This document shows, piece after piece, positions 10,107 through 18,918 of a DNA stretch of 59,431 nt; the first letter of the stretch is position 1; the number at the start of each line of letters is the position of its first letter. The DNA comes from a bacterium (lineage in GTDB: Bacteria > Armatimonadota > Chthonomonadetes > Chthonomonadales > JAMCWF01). The notes beneath the pieces were generated by a model, which was not told where the DNA came from, ran no database searches, and was given only the letters and a program-made list of their open reading frames with translations. The stretch is from assembly GCA_021842405.1 (NCBI GenBank), contig JAKBZR010000007.1, forward strand, positions 1 to 59,431, read 5' to 3'. A program made the position numbers and the translations under genes.

Positions 10107-11563
10107 TCCAAGGTCTCGGGGCGTATTCGGGCATGGCTATGCCGGTAGCCATAGGTTGAATAGATAATAATTCCAATGATCATCCAAACAATGAGCCGCA
10201 CCCAGGTATCCAAAGGTAGCATAACCATTTGCAACAGGCAGATGGCAGCGCCGAGAATCGGAACAACCGGTACCCACGGCGTTCGAAAAGTGCGAGGAAT
10301 TTCAGGATGATTGAAGCGCAGCACCAGCACGCCCAAACATACGATCATAAACGCCATCAAGGTGCCGATGGATACGAGCTCCCCCAGAATGCCGATCGGA
10401 AAGAGGCCGGCCACCACCGCAGCAAGAATGCCGGTTGTGATGGTGGTAACGTATGGAGTTCGAAATCGCGGGTGAACTCGGGCGAATGCGGGCGGCAGCA
10501 GGCCGTCGCGCGCCATCGAGAAGAATACACGGGGTTGGCCCATCAATAAAATCAATACCACTGAGCTAAGTCCCGCAATGGCCCCTAGCTTGATGATCGG
10601 ACGCATCCAGAAGAGTTGAGGGCCGATCGAATCGGTGGCAACCGCGAGCGGGTCGGGAACCATCAGCTTAGTATAAGAGATAACGCCGGTAAGCACCAGC
10701 GATACCACAATGTAGAGCACGGTGGAGATCGCCAGCGAGCCCAGGATGCCGATCGGCATGTCCTTTTGCGGGCGGCGCGCCTCTTGTGCGGTGGTGGAGA
10801 CGGCATCGAAGCCGATATAGGCAAAGAAAATTACGCCCGCTCCACGCAGTACGCCACTCCATCCGAAATGGCCGAATCCTCCATGCTGGGGGGGTATAAA
10901 TGGATGCCAGTTGGCCAAATTGATAAATGGCAGCGCAACGGCAACAAACAGAATGAGCACCGCGATCTTGGTAAACACGATGATATTGTTGGTATTGGCC
11001 GATTCCCGGATACCGATAACCAGTAAGATGGTGGCCAGCACTACAATAAATACGGCTGGTAAATTAACCATACCCATCATCTGCCAATGACCTTTGACAA
11101 CATCCACTGGTGCCGCTGCCAACGCTTTTGGCACCGTGATGCCGAGATCCTTCAAAAAACTCACCACATAGCCGGACCAGCCCACCGCCACGGTAGCCGC
11201 GCCAAAAAGGTACTCGAGGATGAGATCCCAGCCGATGATCCAAGCGATAATTTCACCCAACGTGGCATAAGCGTAGGTATAGGCGCTGCCGGCAACCGGG
11301 ATCATGGATGCCATCTCCGCATAACAGAGGCCGCTGAAGGCGCATCCTATTCCAGATATGAGAAACGATATTACGATGGCCGGCCCAGCGTATTGGGCGG
11401 CGGCCTGGCCGGTGAGCACAAAAATACCGGCGCCAATAATGCCCCCCACGCCGAGGCTGACCAGGTTTACCGGCCCCAGCACCCGGCGAAAACCGTGCTC
11501 CGGCTCTTCCGCCTGCTCTTTTAGATGAGCAACTGATTTACGTGAAAAAAGTCCGGCGCTCAT
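10103..11563 (-). CDS. APC-family amino acid permease (cationic amino acid transporter-like)
   Basis: Motifs GIIGAGIF, CYAEMASMIPVAGSAY, FFAYIGFD and FRTPWVP. About 12 hydrophobic helices. Confidence 0.93.
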   Translation of the reverse strand: MSAGLFSRKSVAHLKEQAEEPEHGFRRVLGPVNLVSLGVGGIIGAGIFVLTGQAAAQYAGPAIVISFLISGIGCAFSGLCYAEMASMIPVAGSAYTYAYATLGEIIAWIIGWDLILEYLFGAATVAVGWSGYVVSFLKDLGITVPKALAAAPVDVVKGHWQMMGMVNLPAVFIVVLATILLVIGIRESANTNNIIVFTKIAVLILFVAVALPFINLANWHPFIPPQHGGFGHFGWSGVLRGAGVIFFAYIGFDAVSTTAQEARRPQKDMPIGILGSLAISTVLYIVVSLVLTGVISYTKLMVPDPLAVATDSIGPQLFWMRPIIKLGAIAGLSSVVLILLMGQPRVFFSMARDGLLPPAFARVHPRFRTPYVTTITTGILAAVVAGLFPIGILGELVSIGTLMAFMIVCLGVLVLRFNHPEIPRTFRTPWVPVVPILGAAICLLQMVMLPLDTWVRLIVWMIIGIIIYSTYGYRHSHARIRPETLD

Positions 11564-11642
11564 TTCTCCTCAACCGATTGATTTGATGGCCCGCTGTCTT
11601 CTCATAATACCAGCATGAACCGGTATATTATGACGGGAATGA

Positions 11643-11843
11643 AAGAGTTCAGTTTTATGGGAATGATTTTCGTTCACCCCCACCCCAGCCCTCCCCGCAA
11701 GCGGGGAGGGTGTCATTGCGAGCGAAGCGAAGCAATCTCTCCTTCACCAGTCCCTCTTAATCCCCTCCCCCGTAAACGGGGGAGGGTTAGGGTGGGGGTG
11801 CATCCAATATGGTCGTAAATGATTCCCACAGAACTGAACTCTT
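11643..11843. repeat. Family A TIR repeat element, copy A2 (complete)
   Basis: Ends AAGAGTTCAGTTTTATGGGAATGATTTTCG ... AATGATTCCCACAGAACTGAACTCTT. Interior modules include CCCTCCCCGCAAGCGGGGAGGG and GTCATTGCGAGCGAAGCGAAGCAATC. Confidence 0.9.
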
Positions 11844-11908
11844 ACGTTCAGATTAAAAAATCTCCAAGGAGAGTCTCCCCTTGGAGATCAATGGAAGTCA
11901 TCCCCCTG

Positions 11909-14900
11909 CTAGCGCAAGATCATCACCTTCGTGCATTGTAAAGTAACTGGTCCCAGCAATCCGGACTTTTGAAGCGGAGAGTTTGGATTATAAGGATTAT
12001 GGGTGGTGAAGGCGATCCGCTTATCGGCGGGCAGTGCGCTATCTCCGATGAGTCGGTTCGCCCATTGATTGGTCACCAGGACCTTCAATTCGTTCCGCCC
12101 TGGCTTGAGCGCCTTGGTGATATCCACACGAAAGGGTGGAAGCCATAATATCCCCATATCATGACCATTCACGCTCACGCTGGCGATATCCCGAAGATCA
12201 CCTAGATCGAGATCAACTCTTTTATTGGATGCTATCCAGGTCTTTGGAATTTCAAACGATTTGACATAGGTCGCAGTGCCGGAATAGTACTTTACGCCGT
12301 CTTCGGGGCGAGTGGACCAATCCTGCAATTTATTGAAGCGAATGCTCGCCGGACCTCCCCATCGGGGATCGAAATGGAGTTCCCAGGAACCCGTCATCCG
12401 GATCGTTGGGACGGTTGAAACCTCTCGGCGCACAACCTTGCCTGAGGAGTATCTCAGGATGAATTTCCCCGGATCCCACACCTTTAGCAATGCCAGCCCG
12501 TTTGATTCCCCAGTCAGCTCATAGGGAGGCTTCATATCTCCGGGTGGTGTGGTCGGGATCCGGAGTACCCCGTTTTCCGGGATGGTGATGACACCCGGCT
12601 TGCTATCGTAGGTGTAATGCACCTCCAAATGCTTCACGTGGAGCGGGGCTGGATCGGTGCCGAAGAACATGTTTGAGGCGTCGGCTTTGATCATCCCATC
12701 GCTTACCAGGGACTGGAGTTTCGCGGTCACGTCCAGCGCGGTTCCCGCCCCATCGTTCGCCGCATACACCCCTTTCGTGATGACGAGAGTATGCTTGAGT
12801 TCCTTCGTGGGTTTGGTATTGGCGTATGTCACCGAGACCAAATGGGGCGCATGGGATGCAGGCTTGCGAAATACGATGAAGAGCGATTCGGCTGGTCCGA
12901 AATTGAGCGGGACCGACGTGCGCCCGCCCGGTGTCGTTTGCCACACCGGCGCCGGTGAGATGACGCCCGTCTCGGGATTCCAAATCTCGGGGAGTCTTCC
13001 CTTCACTCGGAATGTGCAGAGGGCGTTCACGCGAGTCGGTTCCTGGTTGCTGACAAAGTAGACATCCGCGCCGCCAATACGGCGGTGGATATAGCGTATC
13101 CGCGAATCCGGTGCAACGTAAACAAAGTCCGGCTCAATTTTCAGCGCCTTTAGAACGGGCTTGATATCGGTGAACTCTCCGGTCCAGAAGATGCGGCCCG
13201 CTCCAAACTTGTGTGAGATGATCCTCTTCCCGTCAATTGGTCCCCAAAGTTCTCCAGCGATCCGTTTCACGATTTCGTCGCTCCGAGGGTAGCCATCCAA
13301 TCCAAAAGATCGAACCGGCTTCGGACCGAATACGTTCGCGCCCATTCGCACCAGATCGCGAATACGACGCAAAACGGCGGGCGACATCATCGTTTGGTTG
13401 GGCAACGCTAGCAGCCGATAATGCATTCCCGAAGGAAGGGTCAGAAGACCGTTTTTCACGGTCAGAGCTTTCAACAGAAGCTGGACATCCAGAGCATCGT
13501 AATCGTATCCGGCCGGAAGATCTTTGAAGGGACGAGGGTCGCCGTCGAAATGTTGCACGCCCTCCCCTTCAAAGGAGAGGACATCCGCCACGAATTGACC
13601 TCGCTGGAGCATGTATTGGCATCGCGCGATGTATTTCAGCCACGCGCTTGCCTGATTCCACCATGTCAAGTTACGGGTCAAATGGATACCGTTGCTCCAC
13701 ACCACTCCGGGCTTCCGTCCATCCGTGTACATCTGCTGGCAATAGCTATGGAAATAATAGCGATTGACGCCGTTGGTGAATATCCAGTCCCCCTCAATCT
13801 TCATGTTGGCCGGATAGAAGTTGAACCGATCGCCTGAAGTGAACGATTCCGCGCCGACAATCGGTCTGCCGTACGTATGCGCCGCGGAGGAAGCCTGCTT
13901 TGCGCAGTTCCCATCGCTAGAATTCCCGAACCAGAATTCGCTCATCGGCATGTCGTTAAGCCCGGCGGACTCCAGGTTGTCGAAACCCCCATTTCCATAC
14001 GCCTCGACGGACCCCTTGAGGCCCTTTTCGTGAAGTAAATGGGCGAAGTATCCGTAGTAATTCGTGCTCCAAAGGTCTGCAATGGTCTGGTTGAAATCCT
14101 CTTGAAACCGCTGGGTCAATTCCGGACTTTCCACGATTTCGCCTGTTAATGTTGGCAACCAAGGCAAAATCGAGTAACCGTTGCGCGCTTGGAATTCCTC
14201 CGGCATGAGTGGAGTCCAGTTCTGTTCTCCGCATTCGTAGCTGTCTATCAGAGAATAAACGAGCGTTTTGCCCGCCAATGAGCCGGCGGTGTCTATAACC
14301 TTGTCCACAAACGCTTTGAAATGATCCTTTAATGCGGCTTTGCTGAGCTTGTCGCATTCCAATCCGTCACCGTACTTGGTGACGGGATGATTGTGCACAC
14401 CAATCGGGGTGTAGCCGAAGCGCATCACCGTCCAGGAACCCGTCGGAACGTCCCAGTGAAGGTTTCCTGCGACATCCATGCGTGTGGTCAGGTTGATGAT
14501 GCTTTTCAAGGGGATGGGTGTTGGGTTGACGGATGCCGCCCCGCCTAGATTAAAGTCCGCCACCGTCATGGTGCCTCCGCGGTGGAACACAAGGCGAAAG
14601 TAGCGGGCTGTCACCGGGGTGAAGGCGCCAGTGGTGAGCCATTGAGTTCCCTGCTGATCCGTCAGGTTTCCCGGCAAAGCGAAGGTCTGAACCGTGCGGT
14701 AATTGCGTCCATCCTCCGACATCTGCAGGCTGAAATCCCTTCCAACCCAGGATGGACCGGGTAGCAATCGTAAAGACGCGGCGGTGAAAGGCTGCTGGAA
14801 CTCGAATTGAAGGTACGGATTGCCATTGGGATTAGTGGGTACCGTAATATAGGTCGCCGCGTTTCCGTCGTATAGGACGGATCCATTCAATGTTTTTCCA

Positions 14901-15484
14901 TCCGCTCCGGTGACAACAGGCTTGATATCCGCAAGGGTGGGGGCGAGGTCGTCTGGTGGAGTGGGAAACGCCACGATCCCTATGTCCCGGTAGTATCCCA
15001 GCCGTGTGAAGGGTTGCGGCAAGCTGACCGATACTTGCCCAGGCCCCTGCACTCTCGTTTCACTCCAAACCACCATCTGCATGGCGATGTTGGGGGTGAT
15101 CCATGGTCCGCCGCTTGAACTCCAACCTTCGCAATTGAAGAAACCGAGCTGAAGTCCGAGATGATGCGCCTCCAGCACGGCGTGCTTGATGGAACCCCAC
15201 CATTGCGGTGACAAGAACGGTTCCGGCCCTTCCGGCAGAACGCCGATGTTCGCGATGGTTCCGCCACCGATGCCCTCCTTTTTCCATGCCTTCATGTCGG
15301 CGGTGATACCGGCATTGGAGACATTTCCGGACGCCCAGTGCCACCAGACTTGGGGACGTGCGGAATCCGGCGGGCTTACAAAGTCTTTTTGCAGTTGGTT
15401 CTTCGATGTTGTATAGCCGGCCCCCCATGCGATATCGCATAGACATACAGCTATCAGCACCACAAGGGGTGTGAAGCGTTTCAT
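11909..15484 (-). CDS. Secreted GH106-like glycoside hydrolase (alpha-L-rhamnosidase-like) with a discoidin-like insert and a C-terminal sugar-binding domain
   Basis: Signal peptide. Motifs FVSPPDSARPQVWWHW, GWSSSGGPWITP, GLECDKL, IDSYE, PMSEFW, GAESFT, VTNQWANRLIGD and SGLLGPV. Confidence 0.85.
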   Translation of the reverse strand: MKRFTPLVVLIAVCLCDIAWGAGYTTSKNQLQKDFVSPPDSARPQVWWHWASGNVSNAGITADMKAWKKEGIGGGTIANIGVLPEGPEPFLSPQWWGSIKHAVLEAHHLGLQLGFFNCEGWSSSGGPWITPNIAMQMVVWSETRVQGPGQVSVSLPQPFTRLGYYRDIGIVAFPTPPDDLAPTLADIKPVVTGADGKTLNGSVLYDGNAATYITVPTNPNGNPYLQFEFQQPFTAASLRLLPGPSWVGRDFSLQMSEDGRNYRTVQTFALPGNLTDQQGTQWLTTGAFTPVTARYFRLVFHRGGTMTVADFNLGGAASVNPTPIPLKSIINLTTRMDVAGNLHWDVPTGSWTVMRFGYTPIGVHNHPVTKYGDGLECDKLSKAALKDHFKAFVDKVIDTAGSLAGKTLVYSLIDSYECGEQNWTPLMPEEFQARNGYSILPWLPTLTGEIVESPELTQRFQEDFNQTIADLWSTNYYGYFAHLLHEKGLKGSVEAYGNGGFDNLESAGLNDMPMSEFWFGNSSDGNCAKQASSAAHTYGRPIVGAESFTSGDRFNFYPANMKIEGDWIFTNGVNRYYFHSYCQQMYTDGRKPGVVWSNGIHLTRNLTWWNQASAWLKYIARCQYMLQRGQFVADVLSFEGEGVQHFDGDPRPFKDLPAGYDYDALDVQLLLKALTVKNGLLTLPSGMHYRLLALPNQTMMSPAVLRRIRDLVRMGANVFGPKPVRSFGLDGYPRSDEIVKRIAGELWGPIDGKRIISHKFGAGRIFWTGEFTDIKPVLKALKIEPDFVYVAPDSRIRYIHRRIGGADVYFVSNQEPTRVNALCTFRVKGRLPEIWNPETGVISPAPVWQTTPGGRTSVPLNFGPAESLFIVFRKPASHAPHLVSVTYANTKPTKELKHTLVITKGVYAANDGAGTALDVTAKLQSLVSDGMIKADASNMFFGTDPAPLHVKHLEVHYTYDSKPGVITIPENGVLRIPTTPPGDMKPPYELTGESNGLALLKVWDPGKFILRYSSGKVVRREVSTVPTIRMTGSWELHFDPRWGGPASIRFNKLQDWSTRPEDGVKYYSGTATYVKSFEIPKTWIASNKRVDLDLGDLRDIASVSVNGHDMGILWLPPFRVDITKALKPGRNELKVLVTNQWANRLIGDSALPADKRIAFTTHNPYNPNSPLQKSGLLGPVTLQCTKVMILR

Positions 15485-15773
15485 AAAAGTTTGTCCTCCT
15501 CTTGCCGCCTTCCTTCAGCGGGCTTATATATACCTGCACATACTCCTCCACCGTTGTGGCCGTTTCCGAGACGTATACTGGCGGCCAGTGATCCGGGTCT
15601 TTATTCGACAGCCTTACGTCAAACTCTACGCAAAATTCGCGTGAGCCCGGCAGCAAAGGCAATTGACCAACGGAGAAATCTCGAGGCGCGCCATCCCCAT
15701 TTTCACCGATAGCCTCATGATGCCTCTATTTCGGTGAGATGGTACTTCGGCATCCACACCATCCTTGAATAGC

Positions 15774-17282
15774 TCATCGTTTCGCTCGGATGCTGAGCGC
15801 GATATCCTCCGAATATTTCGGAGAGGTGAGCGTCACTATTCCACCGGAATGTCTGAGTGTTTCGCTCATCATGTATTGCCCGGTTTTGGTGTCCAGCCAT
15901 TTCACTTCGTACTTGCCGGCAGGGAGGTTTAGCTGTAAATCCGCATGACTCCCTCCAAGTAGATAGAGGGCGTATTGGCTTCCCGGTTTCGCCAGCACAT
16001 GCACTCGCGCCCCATCTGGAATGCCACCCGCAACTACCGTATTGTCCGGGGCCATTTGGATGAAATCGAATCGGCAGATGAAACGCTTCAAGATACCGAG
16101 CTGGCGACGCAGTTCGGGACTTCCACCGCCGGGGGATTTATAATCGAGGAATGAGCCGTCAGGATGAGCGCATGTGAAGGAATAATCCAGGTTATTATAC
16201 AGGCCTCCACCCGCCAGAATGAACTCCCAGCCCTCGGTGCGGTAAGGGGCGTCTTCCTTCCCGCGAAATCCCGTTTCATTCTCCCCTATCACCTTGTTCA
16301 GGGCATAGTTCATCCCCACTGTGTCGGGGGGAGTCGCATAGTGGAAGTTGAAGATGGAAACTCCTGGAACGGGCTTCGTGATTTGCGCCTTGTCGTTGGC
16401 GATATTCATGGAGATGAGATGCTTGTGAGGATAATCCTTCTCCGTATCTTGGATGGTTCTTACAATGTGTCGCTGCCAATCCAGCGTCACTCCGCCGAAG
16501 TAGGGTTCGTTGCAAACTTCGTAATACAGATTATCGTAGCCTTTCAACTCCTGAACGATTTTACGAACCATCGCGTCCTCCACCGTAAGCAGATCGGAAT
16601 GTTTCAGCGTGTAGACCTCATTCGCCGGGCAATCACCAACTCCGTTGACATTGTTCACCGAATTCATCGGGTTGGCCGCCCAAAGCGGATTATCGTAGTT
16701 CGGGCAGAATAGATTCATCTCCACGACCACGCCGTATTTGGACGCTATGCTCATGAAATCCTTCAGGCGCTTGAAGTAATCGGCGTCCCACTGGGTAAGA
16801 TCAAACTTATTGCCGCCGTCATAATAACCCGGCTTGTCGCTGCGCTTCCAAGGGCAGATATAGCGATTGGGAAGCGGCGCCAGCGTGTTATCGGTGATGC
16901 CGAAGGAGCTGATGATTTCCCTGTAGGGACCCGACCAGACACGGGTGAGATTCAGCCCATCCTGGTGCAGTGTCTTCAGATATCGCTGATAATCGAAATC
17001 GAGATTCAAAACCGCCCCGTAGTGCTCGCCGGATGTGATGAGAATCGTGGGCTTTCCGCGAAATAGAAAGTAATGCGGGTTGGCGGCATCCAATTCTAGC
17101 GGGGTTTTAATTTGTGGGGGATGAGCGGTCTTTTCGACGCTGGTTTGCATGGAGAAACCCTTTCGTATGCTCGCCTCGCTATAAGCTAAGGCGGATATGG
17201 AGATAAATCCTGTTACTGTGAATAGGATCACCAACGGGGCACATAACATCCGCTTGACGCGGAAACTCCTCATCCTATTCAC
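15774..17282 (-). CDS. Secreted clan GH-A-like hydrolase (GH5/DUF4038-like) with a C-terminal beta domain
   Basis: Motifs NPHYFLFRGKP, YYEVCNEP (candidate acid/base) and IGENETG (candidate nucleophile). N-terminal hydrophobic segment. Confidence 0.7.
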   Translation of the reverse strand: MNRMRSFRVKRMLCAPLVILFTVTGFISISALAYSEASIRKGFSMQTSVEKTAHPPQIKTPLELDAANPHYFLFRGKPTILITSGEHYGAVLNLDFDYQRYLKTLHQDGLNLTRVWSGPYREIISSFGITDNTLAPLPNRYICPWKRSDKPGYYDGGNKFDLTQWDADYFKRLKDFMSIASKYGVVVEMNLFCPNYDNPLWAANPMNSVNNVNGVGDCPANEVYTLKHSDLLTVEDAMVRKIVQELKGYDNLYYEVCNEPYFGGVTLDWQRHIVRTIQDTEKDYPHKHLISMNIANDKAQITKPVPGVSIFNFHYATPPDTVGMNYALNKVIGENETGFRGKEDAPYRTEGWEFILAGGGLYNNLDYSFTCAHPDGSFLDYKSPGGGSPELRRQLGILKRFICRFDFIQMAPDNTVVAGGIPDGARVHVLAKPGSQYALYLLGGSHADLQLNLPAGKYEVKWLDTKTGQYMMSETLRHSGGIVTLTSPKYSEDIALSIRAKR

Positions 17283-17405
17283 AAGACCTTCTCCTTAGCT
17301 CCAACGGGAATGATCGAATGGTTATTACGCACAGAGCGATATGTATCGCAACATTGAAATTATACTCCGCTTTTGCACGGTTGACAACTTTTATTGCGAA
17401 GACGA

Positions 17406-17434
17406 AAGAGCTCAGTTTCGTGGGAATGATTTGT
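17406..17434. repeat. Family A left TIR, solo (A3)
   Basis: AAGAGCTCAGTTTCGTGGGAATGATTTG matches the left ends at 11643, 42848 and 51769. Confidence 0.7.
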
Positions 17435-17523
17435 GATAGCATTGGTCGCCCCACTCACCTCAGCATTCCCCTAGTACTGCAATGTTATCAGGGAATCAAT
17501 CTACTAGCCTGCGAGCTACCTCT

Positions 17524-17704
17524 GAGCCGCGAGCGTGAGCGAGCGTACACGCTGACTGTTTATGCCTAACGATAATCCCATTCTCGTTCTCCACGTCATC
17601 ACCCGACTAGTTAACGGGGGCGCGCAGCAGAACACGATCGCCAACGTGCTAATGCTATACCGCTCCGCTCGCTCATCGCGTCCGCTCGCTCACGCTCGCG
17701 GCTC
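17524..17704. repeat. 22-bp perfect inverted repeat pair flanking a gene fragment
   Basis: GAGCCGCGAGCGTGAGCGAGCG (17524-17545) and CGCTCGCTCACGCTCGCGGCTC (17683-17704). Confidence 0.9.
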
Positions 17705-17723
17705 TGATTGTGGGTTAAATTGA
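17562..17723 (+). pseudogene. N-terminal fragment of a GT4-like glycosyltransferase
   Basis: MPNDNPILVLHVITRLVNGGAQQNTIANV resembles the GT4 N-terminal VLH(V/I)ITRL-x-x-GGAQ motif. The frame then reads into repeat sequence and stops at 53 aa. Confidence 0.7.
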
Positions 17724-17870
17724 GAAATGAGTGATCAGCCCACCCTACGAGTTGCATTCACTAGCCGGGTGACTCCTAAAGTAACCTATCAAAGACCATG
17801 CAACACATACTGCAATGTGGTCTGGGAAGCAATCTCTGTCTTCCCAAGCCCTCTCCCAGGATCGGCAAAG

Positions 17871-17972
17871 GGTTGGGGCGGTGTGCAGAAGAAGCGGAAT
17901 GGCCGCGTCCTCGATGGGCGCACCTGGAACGAGATGCCGAATGCCCACCTATTTGAACTTGAACGGCGATGA
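17871..17972 (+). pseudogene. C-terminal fragment of a DUF5131 (phage Gp37/Gp68 family) protein
   Basis: WGGVQKKRNGRVLDGRTWNEMP matches the family C-terminal WGG...K..GR.LDGRTWDEMP motif. It is fused directly to a repeat module. Confidence 0.75.
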
Positions 17973-18084
17973 TTCGGGCTTGGCCTATCTTTTGTGATTG
18001 CGTTGTTGGGGCGCAGAGTGTCTTTGATCTGTGAGGGTGCAGCTTGATTCGATGGGAGATTGCTCTCCAAATAGGTAGGGGATA

Positions 18085-18834
18085 CTATTTGGCGGAGGTT
18101 TCGAGCAGCTCGTCGGGGATATCGAAATTGGCATGGACGTTTTGAACATCATCCTGATCTTCCAGCAGCTCCATCAAGCGGATAAGCTGAGAGGCATCTT
18201 TTCCTTCCACTTTGACCGTATTGCTGGGGATGCGGGTGATTTCAGCGTTGATCGGCTTTAGACCGTGTTGGTCTATCGCGTCCCGAACGGCGGGAAAGCT
18301 ATCCGGATCGCTGTAAATTTCGTAGTTCTCTTCATCCGATTTCAAGTCTTCGGCGCCCGAATCCAGCGCCAAACCCAGCAAGGTGTCCTCATCCACGCTC
18401 GATTTGGGCAGCGTGATCACCCCTTTGGGCGTGAATATCCAGCCCACACAGCCGGTTTCTCCCAGGCTGCCGCCGGTCCGACCGAAGATACTGCGGATAT
18501 CGGCCACGGTGCGGTTACGGTTGTCGGTCATGCACTCCACCATAATGGCGGCGCCGCCCGGCCCGTATCCCTCGTAGGTCACCTCTTCGTAGTTGACGCC
18601 CTCAGCTTCACCGGTTCCACGCTGAATGGCGTTCTTGATCTTGTCGTTCGGCATGGAGTTTTCGCGCGCTTTCTGGATCGCCAGCCTCAACCGCAGGTTG
18701 GAATCGGGGTTGCCGCCGCCCGTTTTTGACGCAATGATGATCTCACGCACCAACCGCGTGAACTTCGCGCCCCTCTCTGCGTCCATCTTTCCCTTGCGAA
18801 GCCGGATATTGTGCCATTTAGAATGTCCGCTCAC
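18085..18834 (-). CDS. yebC: YebC/PmpR family protein
   Basis: GTG start then SGHSKWHNI. Motifs YEGYGPGG, TDNRNRT and LEDQDDVQNVHAN. Confidence 0.95.
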   Translation of the reverse strand: MSGHSKWHNIRLRKGKMDAERGAKFTRLVREIIIASKTGGGNPDSNLRLRLAIQKARENSMPNDKIKNAIQRGTGEAEGVNYEEVTYEGYGPGGAAIMVECMTDNRNRTVADIRSIFGRTGGSLGETGCVGWIFTPKGVITLPKSSVDEDTLLGLALDSGAEDLKSDEENYEIYSDPDSFPAVRDAIDQHGLKPINAEITRIPSNTVKVEGKDASQLIRLMELLEDQDDVQNVHANFDIPDELLETSAK

Positions 18835-18918
18835 CGAACTGACCTCATCATCATCATCATTGTACGGTAAAATTATAGCACCGCGCCCAGCCAAACGTCA
18901 AATGGGGGGAGCTGGCCA

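Noticed and set aside
11615-11818. Small ORFs sharing the peptide PHPSPPRKRGGCHCERSEAIS (also 42804-43043)
   Set aside because: The shared peptide is translation of family A repeat modules. There is no RBS or coding signal, so this is not a protein family.
15060-15662. 200-aa minus-strand ORF overlapping the GH106 start
   Set aside because: Mostly an alternative frame of the GH106 gene, which has its own GAGGAGG RBS and signal peptide. No recognisable motif.
18835-18894. Asp-rich N-terminal extension of YebC (GAT repeat)
   Set aside because: The conserved family start is the GTG at 18834. The upstream text contains the RBS and is probably non-coding.
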